Assembly: GCF_006345805.1 (NCBI RefSeq)
Contig: NC_043002.1
Location: 4,030,001 to 4,094,000, forward strand
DNA length: 64,000 nt
From: Octopus sinensis
Lineage: Eukaryota
Reading direction: 5' to 3'
Shown here: positions 37,837 through 51,275 of the stretch, piece by piece
Layout of the letters: every line of letters begins with the position of its first letter
Numbering within the stretch: the first letter of the stretch is position 1
Program-made: the position numbers and the translations under genes
Notes under the pieces: model-generated
Told to the model about the DNA's origin: nothing
Database searches by the model: none
Seen by the model: only the letters and a program-made list of their open reading frames with translations

Positions 37837-39890
37837 CTGCTACAAAGGTAAAGGTGATGCCCTAGATACAAATAACTACAGAGGTATCAAGCTGTTGGAC
37901 CAGGTGATGAAGGTTACGGAGAGGGTCATAGCCCAACTAATTAGAGAGAGAGTTAGTTTAGATGAGATGCAGTTTGGGTTCGTGCCAGGGAAAAGTACTA
38001 CTGATGCTATATTCCTGGTAAGGCAGCTGCAGGAGAAATACCTAGCCAAAGATAAGCCCCTGTACCTGGCTTTTGTTGACATGGAGAAAGCCTTCGACAG
38101 GGTCCCCCGATCCCTTATCTGGTGGGCAATGAGAAAACTAGGGATAGATGAATGGTTAGTGAGAGCTGTGCGGGCCATGTATAGGGACGCCGCTAGTAGG
38201 GTGAGGGTTGGAAATGAGTACAGTGAAGAATTCCGGGTAGAGGTAGGGGTCCACCAAGGCTCAGTACTCAGCCCCCTCCTATTTATCATAGTCCTCCAGG
38301 CAATAACGGAGGAATTCAAGACAGGATGCCCTTGGGAGCTCCTCTATGCTGATGACCTTGCTCTAATTGCTGAGTCGCTATCAGAACTGGAGGAGAAGTT
38401 TCAGGTGTGGAAACAAGGATTAGAATCGAAGGGCCTCAGAGTCAATCTAGCTAAAACCAAAGTCGTAATCAGTAGGAAGGTAGACAAATCACAAACACCT
38501 TCAGGTAGATGGCCCTGCTCGATCTGTAGAAAAGGTGTAGGTAGAAACTCTATAAGATGCACCAAGTGTAAGCTATGGACACATAAGAGATGCAGCAATG
38601 TCAAAGGAAGGCTAACTAGGAAGATGGTTTTTGTATGTGGCAGATGCTCAGGAACAATAAACACTGAAGATGCTCTGAGACCAACTTCCGTCACTTTCCA
38701 GGGAGAAAAACTAGAAATAGTTGATAGTTTCCGTTACCTAGGTGACCAAGTCAGCAGCGGGGGCGGGTGTGCTGAAAGTGTAACTGCTAGAGTAAGAATA
38801 GCTTGGGCAAAGTTCAGAGAGCTCTTACCTCTGCTGGTGACAAAAGGCCTCTCGCACAGAGTGAAAGGCAGACTGTATGATGCGTGTGTACGAACAGCCA
38901 TGCTACATGGCAGTGAAACATGGGCCGTGACTGCTGAGGATATGCGTAAGCTCGCTAGAAATGAAGCCAGTATGCTCCGATGGATGTGTAATGCCGGTAC
39001 TCACACTCGGCAGAGTGTAAGTACCTTGAGAGAAAAGCTGGACCTAAGAAGCATCAGTTGTGGTGTGCAAGAGAGACGTTTGCGCTGGTATGGTCATGTG
39101 GCGAGAATGGATGAAGATAGTTGTGTGAAAATGTGCCACACCCTAGCGGTTGAGGGAACCTGTGGAAGAGGCAGACCCAGGAAAACCTGGGACGAGGTGG
39201 TGAAGCACGACCTTCGAACTTTAGGTCTCACTGAGGAAATGACTAGAGACCGAGACCTCTGGAAGTGTGCTGTGCGCGAGAAGACCCGGCAGGACAAGTG
39301 AGTCCACAACCCGTGGCCTTCTACATGGGATGGAGCCAGCCTACGTATGCATACCTTCCCTTCTTGGGACACAAAACTCTACTTGTGAAGACGTGTTGAG
39401 GCAAGTGAGGATCAGAATCGAAATCAATCAATGGAAATTGCGGATGTGCTACCAGTGCCGGTGGCATGTCGAAACTCTGCTTGTGAAGACCCATTGAGGC
39501 AAGTGAGGATCAGAATCGAAATCGATCAATGGAAATTGCAGATGTGTTACCAGTGCCGGTAGCATGTAAGAGAACTTTCCGTTTCGCGACCGTTGCCAGC
39601 ACCGCCCCGTTTCGTGTCCGTTGCCAGCCTCGCCTGGCCCTCGTGCCGGTGGCACATAAAAAGCACCATCCGTTCGTGGCCATTTGCCAGCTCTGTCTGG
39701 CACCAGTGCGGGTGGCACGTAAAAAGCACCCACTACACTCACGGAGTGGTTGGCGTTAGGAAGGGCATCCAGCCGTAGAAACACTGCCAGATTTGACTGG
39801 GCCTGATGAAGCCTTCTGGCTTCACAGACCCCAGTAGAACCGTCCAACCCATGCTAGCATGGAAAACGGACGCTAAATGATGATGATGAT
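37837..39890 (+). mobile_element. Young 5'-truncated RTE-clade LINE
   Basis: Uninterrupted RT ORF to the stop at 39301, then a 3'UTR with a ~98-bp tandem duplication (39373-39567), ~45-bp modules and a (GAT)n tail. Confidence 0.95.
37838..39301 (+). CDS. RTE reverse transcriptase, partial (no endonuclease), with inserted PHD finger
   Basis: Motifs QFGF, AFVDMEKAFDRV, GVHQGSVLSPLLF, LLYADD, FRYLG and C-terminal RLRWYGHVARM...RGRPRKTW; the first ~21 aa of the listed ORF are flanking DNA. Confidence 0.92.
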   Translation, partial: CYKGKGDALDTNNYRGIKLLDQVMKVTERVIAQLIRERVSLDEMQFGFVPGKSTTDAIFLVRQLQEKYLAKDKPLYLAFVDMEKAFDRVPRSLIWWAMRKLGIDEWLVRAVRAMYRDAASRVRVGNEYSEEFRVEVGVHQGSVLSPLLFIIVLQAITEEFKTGCPWELLYADDLALIAESLSELEEKFQVWKQGLESKGLRVNLAKTKVVISRKVDKSQTPSGRWPCSICRKGVGRNSIRCTKCKLWTHKRCSNVKGRLTRKMVFVCGRCSGTINTEDALRPTSVTFQGEKLEIVDSFRYLGDQVSSGGGCAESVTARVRIAWAKFRELLPLLVTKGLSHRVKGRLYDACVRTAMLHGSETWAVTAEDMRKLARNEASMLRWMCNAGTHTRQSVSTLREKLDLRSISCGVQERRLRWYGHVARMDEDSCVKMCHTLAVEGTCGRGRPRKTWDEVVKHDLRTLGLTEEMTRDRDLWKCAVREKTRQDK

Positions 39891-41448
39891 TACCTCCACC
39901 TTAGCGAAGGTGGAGGTATTGTTTCTTTCACTTAATTTTTGCGAGTGGTTGGGTTCATCTTTAGTATTATCATTTGTGAGAGCAGTGAAGTTTATTTCAG
40001 ATATTCCCATTTTAAAAATCATCTCTGGCTAATCGTTGAGAGGACGTTGGCGTTGCCTTGGCAGAGGTTTGTGCTTTCTGAGTGCTCTTATTATTATTAT
40101 TACTATTAGGACGGTAGCTGGCAGAATTGTTAGCATGCCGGGTGAAGTGCCACTAAGCATTATGCCTGTTTCCACGTTCTGAGTTAAGATTCCTCCAAAG
40201 TCTACTTTGCCTTTCATCCTTTTGGGGTTAATAAAATAGGTACCAGTTACGCACTGAGATAAATATCATTGACCTATCCTGCCCCCTAAATTGCTGGCCT
40301 TGTGCCAAAATTTGTTAAGGTGGCAAGCTGTCAGAATCATTAGCACACGATACAAAATGCTTAACAGTATTTTGTCTGTCTTAATGTTCTGAGTTCAGAT
40401 TCTACTGAGGTTGACTTTGCCTCTCATCCTAAGGGTCTCACCTTTGGGGGGGGGGGGTGTCAATGACTTTGCCTCTCATCTGAGTTCAAATGCCTCAAGG
40501 TCCACTCTACCTTTCATCATTTCTAGGTCAACAAAATAAGTACCAGTTGAACACTGGGGTTGATGTAGTCAACTTAACCCCTTCCCCAAAAATTTCAGAC
40601 CTTGTGCCAATAGTAGAAAGGATTATTATTATTATTATTAAATTTTGACATGATTCTTTACACAAAATAAAATTGTTATGAATGCCTTGAAGGCATTTTT
40701 TGTCTTGTCAAATTGGACCCTTGGAGTTAGGGAAGTATCTGAATTAATAATTCCAAATTAATGCAGTGGTTGGCAAAGCTGTAGTAGCAATATCTGTAGA
40801 GGAGGAGGCAGCAGCAGCAGCAGAAGCAGAAGAAGAAGAAGAATGGTATATATGTTTAAAAACAAACAGGTGTGTGACCTCCCATGGTCTAATCACCAGT
40901 TTTGAAAGTGAGAGAATGAAGCAAATCTTTGTGAGATCTTCTTAAACTTCTGACCCTACTTGTTCCTAACTATTACTACTACTACTAATGCTGCTGCTGT
41001 GTGTATAAAACTAAACACTCATCCAAATATTTGGTTCAACCAAAGGATTATAATAAATCAATTTGTCCTAAGGTATTCAGAAAACATTGTTTATAATTTA
41101 TGAAGCAGCTTATTATCAGACAACATTCTTATATCGGCTGACAATAAATTCCATGGGGCAATAAACTCAAAAGTTTCATTAAATGACTGATTGCTGAAGA
41201 GCCCCGGAAAAGAACAATGGTTGAATGACACCTGATACTCAGACGTGTCAGTTTACATTTGAACTTCACGAAAAATCGCAATGTTTTACCTTGACTTTAA
41301 GTGATTTGACCATGGCCATGCTGGGGCACTGCCGTGAAGGGTCTAGTCAAACAAATCAACCACAGAACTAATCTTAAGTTTAGTATTTATTCTATCAACC
41401 TTTTTTTTCTTTTTTACCAAACTGCTAAGTCTCAGGGAACAAATACAA

Positions 41449-41515
<67 letters not shown>

Positions 41516-43766
41516 TATATATATATATATATATATACCAGTACCGGTGGCATGTAAAAAGATCCATCCGAACGTGGCCGTTGCCAGCATCGCCTCGACT
41601 GGCTTCTATGCTGGTGGTACATAAAAAGCACCAACCGATCGTAGCTGTTGCCAGCCTCCCCTGGCACCTGTGCCGGTGGCATGTAAAAACCACCCACTAC
41701 ACTCACAGAGTGGTTGGTGTTAGGAAGGGCATCCAGCTGTAGAAACACTGCCAGATCAGACTGGAACCTGGTGCAGCCTCCTGGTTTCCCAGACCCCAGT
41801 CGAACCATCCAACCCATGCTAACATGGAAAACAGATGTTAAACGATGATGATGATGATACATATATATATATATAAAAGGGCAAGGTTGTTTATAGAAGA
41901 CTAACAGTTGCCCATGCATACCGGCCTCCCCTGTCCATGCTACCGATGTTCTCCAAGGGAAAGGCAAAGGGGCCGATACAGCTTGGAACCAGTGACATTG
42001 TGACTTAACAGCTGAGTGAACTGGAGCAACATGAAATAAAGTGTCTTGCTCAAGGACACAACACACAACCCAGTCTGGGAATTGAACTCACTACCTCATG
42101 ATTGTGAGCCTGACGCTCTAACCACTGAGCTTTCACACATATACATACATACATGCACACACACACACATACATATATAAACACACACACACATATATAT
42201 AACATATTTCCACATGTTCTCTGCCTACCCAAAACACTCCCAAAGCATTACCCAGATGGGGGCCAAAGGTGCCCGGCAGTTGGAATGAACCTGAAACCAC
42301 ATGGTTGCAAAGCCCCTTAAGCACCCAGTCTTCCTCAGCTACAAACAGTGATGTTGTCATTTCCTGTCAACAAACCATCCCCTGGCCTCGCATGTTTGAA
42401 GCTGTGCGGAATAAGAGATCCTCTCCTTGAAAACAGATCTGGATTAACAACAGGAAGACAACCAGCAGCAAAATAATGCCTCAATAATACATTAAGAACA
42501 ACTGAAAAAGGATGAGACCCACCCACTTGTATGAGCTGGACAAAACAGATGTTACACTTGATTTGAGGATGAATAAGGTCAACAGGTCTCTCTCTGACCC
42601 ACTATCATCATCATCGTTTAACGTCCGCTTTCCATGCTGGCATGGGTTGGACCCAATCGTGCTCCTCCCCCAACTTCATTACTTTCTTATCTACCACTCT
42701 CCACTTTTTCCTATTCTCTGTGCCATGCCACTTGTACAACAGGAGATGGCACTGCATCTCTCCACATTCAATCTCCCCATCATCGTCTTTTATCAGTCAA
42801 CCTCTCTTCCATCACGATGCCTGTGTAATGAGGGATGACAATGAATGTGTCCATATTCAATACCCCTTACCATTACACACCCCTACTAAGACCCTCCTTT
42901 GTCTCTACCCCCCTCTCTAATGTCCTTTTTATTGACATCCACCAACCTCTCTTGCCATCCATCACTCACACACTCTTACCATTACTTACCATTATTACCA
43001 AACTTCAATCATTTATTCCCTCTCTTGCACATTACCCCTTCCACCATCAATCATTGTTGACATACATCATTTCCACCAGCTGCCACACTATTCCCTCTTC
43101 CCCCCACCACCACCCTTCCCCCCATCTTATATCCTTCTTCTGGAAAACAGCTACTCATGCTGTTTTTCCATCCAATCTCCTTACCAATCAACCAATCTAT
43201 TACAGTTTATCCAAGGTTGACTTTACCTTTCATCCTTTTCGGAGTCGAAAAATAAGTACCAGTTACACACATGGGTCAATGTAATCGACTTAATCCTTTT
43301 GTCTGTCCTTGTTTGTCCCCTCTATGCTTAGGCCCCCTGTAGGATATAAAGGAATAAAATACATAACTGTTTCTCACTGTCACTCTCTCCTTACTCTCTC
43401 CTACAACACTCTTATTTGAGGTTAGCTGCTCTTCCGGTCTCCGATCCTTACCTTTCTCTCAAGTAAGCAATTTCTTTATTCAACAAGTCTTTGAAAATGC
43501 AAAGTGAGAGTCCCTCCTCCCCCCTACACACACATACATATGCTAAGAAGGTTTGTACTTCCCACTGTCCAAACTGAACATAGCATCATATATAGCAAGT
43601 ACATACATTGCTGGCTCTGACTGACACTTCCTAAAACAACATAAATATGAATTATTGAACAGAAACAATTCAAAAGTTAGCTACGCTGCATAAACACTCC
43701 CATAAAGACAAGTTTTGCTTACTTCACACACACACACACACATACAAACAAACTGAACCATATGTA

Positions 43767-44213
43767 TTAACCCCTTTGTTACCATATTTATCTTGATATA
43801 CACTGACTTTGTTTCAAGTAATTCCAAGAACAATGAAGAATTTAGTAAAATTATTATTATTAAGCTGGCAGAAATGTTAGCACGTTGGGCAAAATACGCT
43901 CAGCAGTATTTCGTCTGCTGCTACGTTCTGAGTTCAAATTCTGCCGAGGTCGACTTTGCCTTTCATCCTTTCAGAGTTGATGAAATAACTAGCACTTGAA
44001 CACTGGGGTTGATATAATTGACTTAATCCCTTTGTTTGTCCTTGTTTGTCCCTTCTGTGTTTAGCCCCTTGTGGGTAGTAAAGAAATAGGTATTTGGAAT
44101 ATAAATTAACATGAAATTTTAATGGTAGGTTTTAATTTAAAACACTTCAAAACAGAAAGTTTGTATCTCAGAACTAGGGGCAGTTTCAGGTGGGTTGGTA
44201 TCAAAAGGGTTAA
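43767..44213. mobile_element. TTAA-flanked (piggyBac-like) MITE with nested family C SINE
   Basis: ttaacccctttgttacc ... ggtatcaaaagggttaa; SINE at ~43860-44092 splits it. Confidence 0.65.
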
Positions 44214-44659
44214 TATAGAATATTAAAAACAAACCTTGACAACAAAACCTACACATATACATGCAAACACACTTAAAGATTTTAAAAAATCTCTTCTCAT
44301 TTATCATTGATACATTCATCACTGATTCAACATAACACAGTATACTCAACTGTGACCCATGGTATGTTTACCACAAACTGATCTCACCCATCCACCACAG
44401 CATTGTTGGTGCCATGTTAAAAGCAATGGTGCTGTGCCACATAAAAAGTGCCTGGTACACTCTGTGGAGTGGTTGGTGCCATAGAAACCATACCAGAACA
44501 GACAAAGAAGCCTGGTGTGGCTCCTGGCCTTGCCCACTCCAAGCAAACCATTCAACCATGCCAGCATGGAAAATAGACATTAAATGATGATGATGATGAT
44601 GATGATGATCTGTGGTAACAAGGACCGGTAGGCAGTCAAAGGTTCTGCTTGTTATATTT

Positions 44660-45035
44660 TTCAGTTACTCTTTTACTTGTTTCAGTCATTTGACTGTGGC
44701 CATGCTGGAGCACCGCCTTTAGTCGAGCAAATCGACCCCAAGACTTATTCTTTGTAAGCCTAGTACTTATTCTATCAGTCTCTTTTGCTGAACTGCTAAG
44801 TTATGGGGACATAAACACACCAGCATCCATTGTCAAGCAATGTTGGGGGGAGACACACAAACACACATACATATATACGACAGGCTTCCTTCAGTTTCCA
44901 TCTATCAAATCCACTCACAAGGCTTTGGTTGGTCCGAGGCTATAGTAGAAGACACTTGCCCAAGGTGCCACGCAGTGGGAATGAACCCGGAACCATGTGG
45001 TTGGTAAGCAAGCTATTTACCACACAGCTGCTCCT
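44660..45035 (-). mobile_element. tRNA-derived SINE, family B
   Basis: Reverse complement of the 14233-14610 consensus. Confidence 0.85.
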
Positions 45036-48000
45036 TTTTATTATTATTATTTACTGATCATATGTTATTAAACTATACCCTAAATATTTTTCCAAACATT
45101 AAGTTAGGGGAACAATTTGGGGTCTCAGAACAGAACCTAGTTTTCCTATATGTTCTATTATTCATTTCACATGATGTACCTTTGGAAGCGAACACCCATC
45201 ATAAATGGAGACAGATGTAATTCTTAAACATGATCTACAATATTACACACTCCTAAACTTATTCATTAATATGTACCTTAATTGGTTTTATAGTTAAATT
45301 CATCAGGCCTACATCAAAATACATGCACAAACAAATCTTCAACTTCCTCAAACTTAACAAAACTGAAACTCACACTTATAGAATCATTATAAAATAACAT
45401 CAATATCTAACCAACAGCAAAACAGACTTCACCAAAAAAAGCTTACAGTCAGCCACGATTACATTGATAAATAAATTCAGTAAATATGTTATCCAATAAA
45501 AATAGAGCAACAAAAAACATCCAAACATGCCTTCCTCATCAACAAATACAAGGAAAGCAATATCATCATCATCATGAATCAACATCCACTTTCCATGCTA
45601 GCATGGGTTGGATGATTTGACTGAGGGCTGGCGAAGCAGATGGCTGCACCAGGCTTGACCCGGCAGAGTTTCTACAGCTGGATGCCCTTCCTAACGCCAA
45701 CCACTCCAAGGGCCAGTCAGGTGGTACTGGCAATGGCCACACTCAAATGGTGTTTTTTTTACGTGCCAGTAAAGCGACACTGGTAACGATCACATTCGAA
45801 TGGTGCTCTTAGCGCTCCACTAGCATGGATGCCAACCATTGAATTTGATTTCGATTTTTATGTATTTGTTCCCATATTCCTTATATACTTTCATGCAACT
45901 GGTTTCTCCTTGTTATAATGTAAATAAACACACACTGTCTCTAAGCTGATTTTTCTCTAACTCTTTAGCATTTAGACCAGCCATATCCAGCCAAAATACT
46001 CTACCTGTTTCATATTCAATCAGCCAGTTGTGGCCTCTCACACTTACCCTACAATGTCATTTGCAAAATAAACAATCACATTATAGCAATCTTGAAGCTA
46101 TGAGATAATGTTTGATAAATTCAAAACAATGTGAATATACAAGCATTACATTTGAGAGAGTACGGAGAAGCCACCACGAGAGTTAGTAGTGCTTCACTGT
46201 TAAAAAAGCCAGTCTCTAGTCAATAGAGGAGATGAGATATTATACACACACAAACGCACACATTTATGTATACAAATATACACACACACACATATATCCA
46301 GTTGTGCAGCTGCGTGGATTCCCTTGACTCTCTGCTGCTCTCCAATTCTATTATTTGAACTGGGAACTTGAGTCATAATGAATCTTTCATTAGCCGATTA
46401 CACAACCATGGATGTGTTGCTGTTTCTCTCTTGAGAGAGCTTATTGATCCTAACCAGTGACCTTCCAGGGCTCCTCTGTTGGCCCTTCACAACTGCCATG
46501 CTGCAGTCCCATCACTTAGCTGTATCTCTAGCAGGGTGGCTGAACAGGTGCTATGCCTTGTGCAGGTATGGCTGTATGATTAACAAACTTGCTTCCCAAC
46601 CATACGGTCTTGGGAGAGTATCTCTTACTATAACCTTGTGAATGGATTTAGTAGACAGAAACTGAAAGAAGCCTGTCGGGTGTGTATATATCTATATAAA
46701 GTCATCATTATTTTAAAACTTCTTTCTCCATGCTTCCACAGGTCAGACAAGACTGTGTTGGAGCAGAGTTTTCTCCAGCCAGACAGCCGTCATCTGTTTC
46801 CAAACAAAATAACAATTCTGCAACAGGAACCTGGTACAACTCTCTGCTTAACGGTTCCAGTCAAGCTATCTAACCCAGTTTGGAAAGTGGACGTTAAATG
46901 ACGATGATGATGACTGATCAAATAATGATGCAGACCAGACACAGTGATGTAGAGAACTGGTAACAAACAACACCATTTGAATGGGCCTTTTTGTTTACAG
47001 AGTGCAGCATATCCAAGACACGTTGAGAAACCCAAACGTGCTTTTGTGGTTGACTGTAAGCAAGCAATACCCTGAGTGTGAACAGTAATGCAATTGTTTA
47101 CAATGTGCGAACACACATGAAGACAGGGGAAATATGAATTCACTTAAACAAACACATACCTGTGCCGGTGGCACGTAAAAAGCACCCACTACACTCACAG
47201 AGTGGTTGGCGTTAGGAAGGGCATCCAACTGTAGAAACACTGCCAGATCAGACTGGAGCCTGGTACAGCCTTCTGGCTTCCCAGACCCCAGTTGAACCGT
47301 CCAACCCATGCTAACATGGAAAACAGATGTTAAACGATGATGATGATGATACATGACATGACAGGCTTCTTTCAGTTTACCAATTTCATTCACAAAGGTT
47401 TGGTCAGCCTAGGGCTAAAGTAGAAGACATTAACCCAAGGTGCCACACAGTAGTAGGACCGAGTCTGAAACCAAACTACTCAACCACAGAACCATGTATA
47501 AATGTATTTATGTATGCGCACGCATGTGTGTGTGTGTGTGTCTAAACCAATTATATACTGTATATTTAACTGTAAAAATAAAAATAGAATAAAAAATATG
47601 GAGATGTGCCAATCTCTGTATTCATACTAGTGAAAATATTCATAATCCAGTGAAGCGAAACCAGGATTACCCACTGGATGAATTACAGCGGGACTGTTCG
47701 CTCCAAGTAATCGTAGGTAGTTAGCCTGAACCAAGATTATAACTGAGTGCTTGTGCAATACCCACTTGGTTAATTTATCCTTATATATTCATCCTAGGGT
47801 GACCTGCTGTGCTTGAGGAAACCTATTGAGTCAAGTACATCAACATCAAAATAAATATCAAGTGGAAATTGTAGTTGTGATACCTGAGCTGGTGGCACAT
47901 AAAAAGCACCAGCCAATCGTGGCTGCTGCCAGCCTCCCCTGGCACCTGTGCAGGTGGCACGTAAAAAGCACCCACTACACTCACTGAGTGGTTGGCGTTA

Positions 48001-49344
48001 GGAAGGGCATCCAGCCGTAGAAACACTGCCAGATCAGACTTGAGCCTGGTGCAGCCTCCATGGCTTCCCAGACCCCGGTCGAACCGTCCGACCCGTGCTA
48101 GCATGGAGAACGGACGTTAAACGATGATGATGATGATATTCATGAACTTGTATTTACTTTGCAGTAGTCATCTGTCTTTCCATGTTCAATGTTTTCCTTT
48201 GATTGAGTGTGTGTGTGTGTGTTTGTTTATATCTTGCTCACACAAACGAAAGTTGCAAGGGACAAATGCTGTTGTTGTTGTCGTTAGTTCTCTTATCAAC
48301 AAATTATCTACTTGCTTTAAGCTTTAGAAAAACAAGTAAGGTTTAGCAACTGGAAGGGCATCCAACTGTAAAACAATGCCTCAATAACATATTCAGGCAT
48401 GCATGGAAGGACAGAAGTGAAAACAAATGAACTAATATATATATATATATATATTTCTGTATGTTTCATGTACGTATGTATATATATATACATATATCGC
48501 CTTACCTGCACCAGTGGCATGTGTAAAAGACTCAAGCAAGGTCATTGCCAGTGCCGCCTGACTGGCCCCGTGCAGGTGGCACGTAAAAGCACTCACTACA
48601 CTCTCGGAGTGGTTGGCGTTAGGAAGGCAACCAGCCATAGAAACTCTGCCAGATCAAGATTGAAGCCTGGTGCAGCCATCTGGTTTGCCAGCCCTCAGTC
48701 ATGCCTCCAACCCATGCTAGCATGGAAAGCGGATGTTAAACGATGATGACAGTCCATAGACGGGAATCAGATATTCTCCATATAGAATACACTTAATAGT
48801 GCTCAAGAGATTTACACTTGAGCAAGTAAAGTAAATTTAGGGACAAGTAAGTTAGACAGGTCAATATATAAAGTATATGAAATGCATGAAATATAGAAAA
48901 TGTATATACGTTCATATACAAAAAGGGTCCAACTTACATAGAATAGAAATGATATCAAGAATTAAAGGGGTTACCTTCTTTGTAAATAAACATATAAACA
49001 CTTTTTGTACTTCGTGTATTTAATATAGTTTAAATATACTGACCTGTCTAATCTCTACATTTACTTATCATCATCATCATCGTTTAACGTCCGTTTTCCA
49101 TGCTAGCATGGGTTGGACGGTTCAACCGGGGTCTGGGAAGCCATGTAGGCTGCACCAGGCTCCAGTCTGATCTGGCAGTGTTTCTACAGCTGGATGCCCT
49201 TCTTAATGTCAACCACTCCACGAGTGTAGTGGGTGCTTTTTACGTGCCACCGGCACGGAAGCCAGTAAAGGTGGCGCTGGCATCGACCACGTATGGATGG
49301 TGCTTTTTACGTTCCACTGGCACAGGTGCCATAAACCAAATATT

Positions 49345-50418
49345 TACACAGTGACAAGTCTTCAAGAAATTGTTTGGACCTTGAAAAGGCATATGACAAT
49401 ATGACTACATACCATAGAACATGCCATAGAGAGAGTTTTCCAAGAATTTAGTACTGAAAGCAGCTTTTTGCTCCTTTGAAGTCCTTCTATGAATGCGCTA
49501 GTGTTTGTGTTTGGAGAAACGGTGTTAAGTCAAAACTTTTTAATCAGGTTGTTGGACTCTTGCCAGGAGTGCATATTGTCATCTCTTGTTTTCAAAATTT
49601 ATAGAAATTGGATGCATGTGAGCAGTATGGGTGAAAACGCTTTCAAAAACAGCAGATGTATCATCAGTCATCTGGTATCAGCAAATGATATGGAATTACT
49701 GAGCAGTTTGGAAGGTGATCTCCAGCATACAACTAAATAAGTTCAACATCATTGTACCTCGAGGTAGGGGAGAAAATTAGTGTTGTAAAGACAGAGACAG
49801 TGGCCTTCTCAAGATTGCCTGCATGGTGCACTTTGCACCTCGGTGAAGTGCAGTGAAGAAGGTGGGGAAAAGTTCAAGTATCATTTTTATGAATGGAAGG
49901 CAGATGACTGAATTAGTTGCAATGATACAATAAAGCTCTAGCCTCAGCACTTGGTCGTAAGGAGATGAAAAAACCAGGCTCACTATCTTCAGTTTGGCTT
50001 TCATGCCTGCCCTTAAATCTTAAATCTTGGGTAGTGACAGAGAGAATCCAATTGCAAATACAAGCGACGAAAATAAATATCCTCTGAGAGGTCACTGGAG
50101 GAATGTTATTCAGTAAGGTACATAGGTTAGAGATAAAGGAATCACTCCAGGTTGAACTGCTAGTTCTTCGTATTGAGGGGTCACAGCTCCAGTACTACAC
50201 GTATGTGGTGTGAATGTGCGAGGGAAGAATCTCATCAGAGATTTTATGGGCTTGCCCGACTGGCTACACATCTAGAAGACGAGTGAGATGGATTGGATTG
50301 GCGATCCAACTGGATCATTTGCTGACAGCTGCTTCTAATAGGATTCTCTGGAAGACGTCTGGCGACTCTGCCCCTGTGTCCCCAACAGGAATATGCAGAC
50401 AATGAAGCTGGAGAGATA

Positions 50419-50420
<2 letters not shown>
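49345..50420 (+). mobile_element. Old RTE-like LINE relic (second family)
   Basis: Fragments DLEKAYD, QECILSSLVFKIY, ISHLVSANDMELLSSLEGDLQH and IRESLQVELLVLRIEGSQL; a related 3' fragment lies at ~54380-54860. Confidence 0.65.
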
Positions 50421-50449
<29 letters not shown>

Positions 50450-51275
50450 CAAATTATTATAGACTAAAACTTATTTCTCTATATTTCCCTTTTTGCCCTC
50501 AAGCACTGAATCTTAATTAAAACTGTCGTTTGTGTTATTCTGCTCGATATTTTATTGTAAGTGTGTCGATAGATAAATATGTATATATGTAGATAGATAT
50601 GTGTAGATAGATAGATAGATAGATAGATAAGAGAGTGGAAAAGATAAAGAGATAGATTGAGAGATTGATTTATTGATACTCCTTCATTGGATATTAACCT
50701 GGTGGAGAAGTTAAAAATAATACAATTAGGTCATTATTTCAATTACAGATCGTGCATTTTAACTAAATGCTCTTACTGAAAAATCAACACAGCCGGCAGC
50801 ACACAAACACGCAAATGTGTGTCCGACTGCGCTGTTACTATGAAATTGTTCTGACGGTAAGAGGAGACGAAATTATTATCAGCAACAGATTATCTTTGAT
50901 GGTCAATTTGGACGGACACTGGATTCGTTTTAGTATTTAGGTTATAAATATTAATGAGATAACACCCACCCCAAAATAACAAACAGTGTAGGACGTAGAA
51001 GCAGTGTGCACTCCCATATACGCACATATATTGACACACATCACATTATATATATGTATATATATGATTGTAGTGTGTGTGATCGCAGATATGTGTATTC
51101 ATATCTGCAATTATATACTCCGTTGTGGTGCACAAGTATTATTCTAGCTCCTTATCCGCTAATCAGGCAATATTTTAAACCCGGTTTAAAATAATGAATT
51201 GTGAACTGATATCCGGGTAGAAAATACACGAGAAAGAATTACACAGATGATTGAGTCGACACCCCCCGCCAATGG

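Noticed and set aside
37876-38694. Minus ORFs of 147 and 97 aa
   Set aside because: Antisense shadows of the RTE RT.
41425-42066. 213-aa ORF and the many similar ...FLQLDALPNANH... ORFs
   Set aside because: Chance frames through the non-coding RTE 3'UTR and microsatellites; they recur with variable frameshifts.
47620-47720. Possible hammerhead (gaaac...ctggatga)
   Set aside because: Core is CTGGATGA and no NUH follows stem III; the topology does not close.
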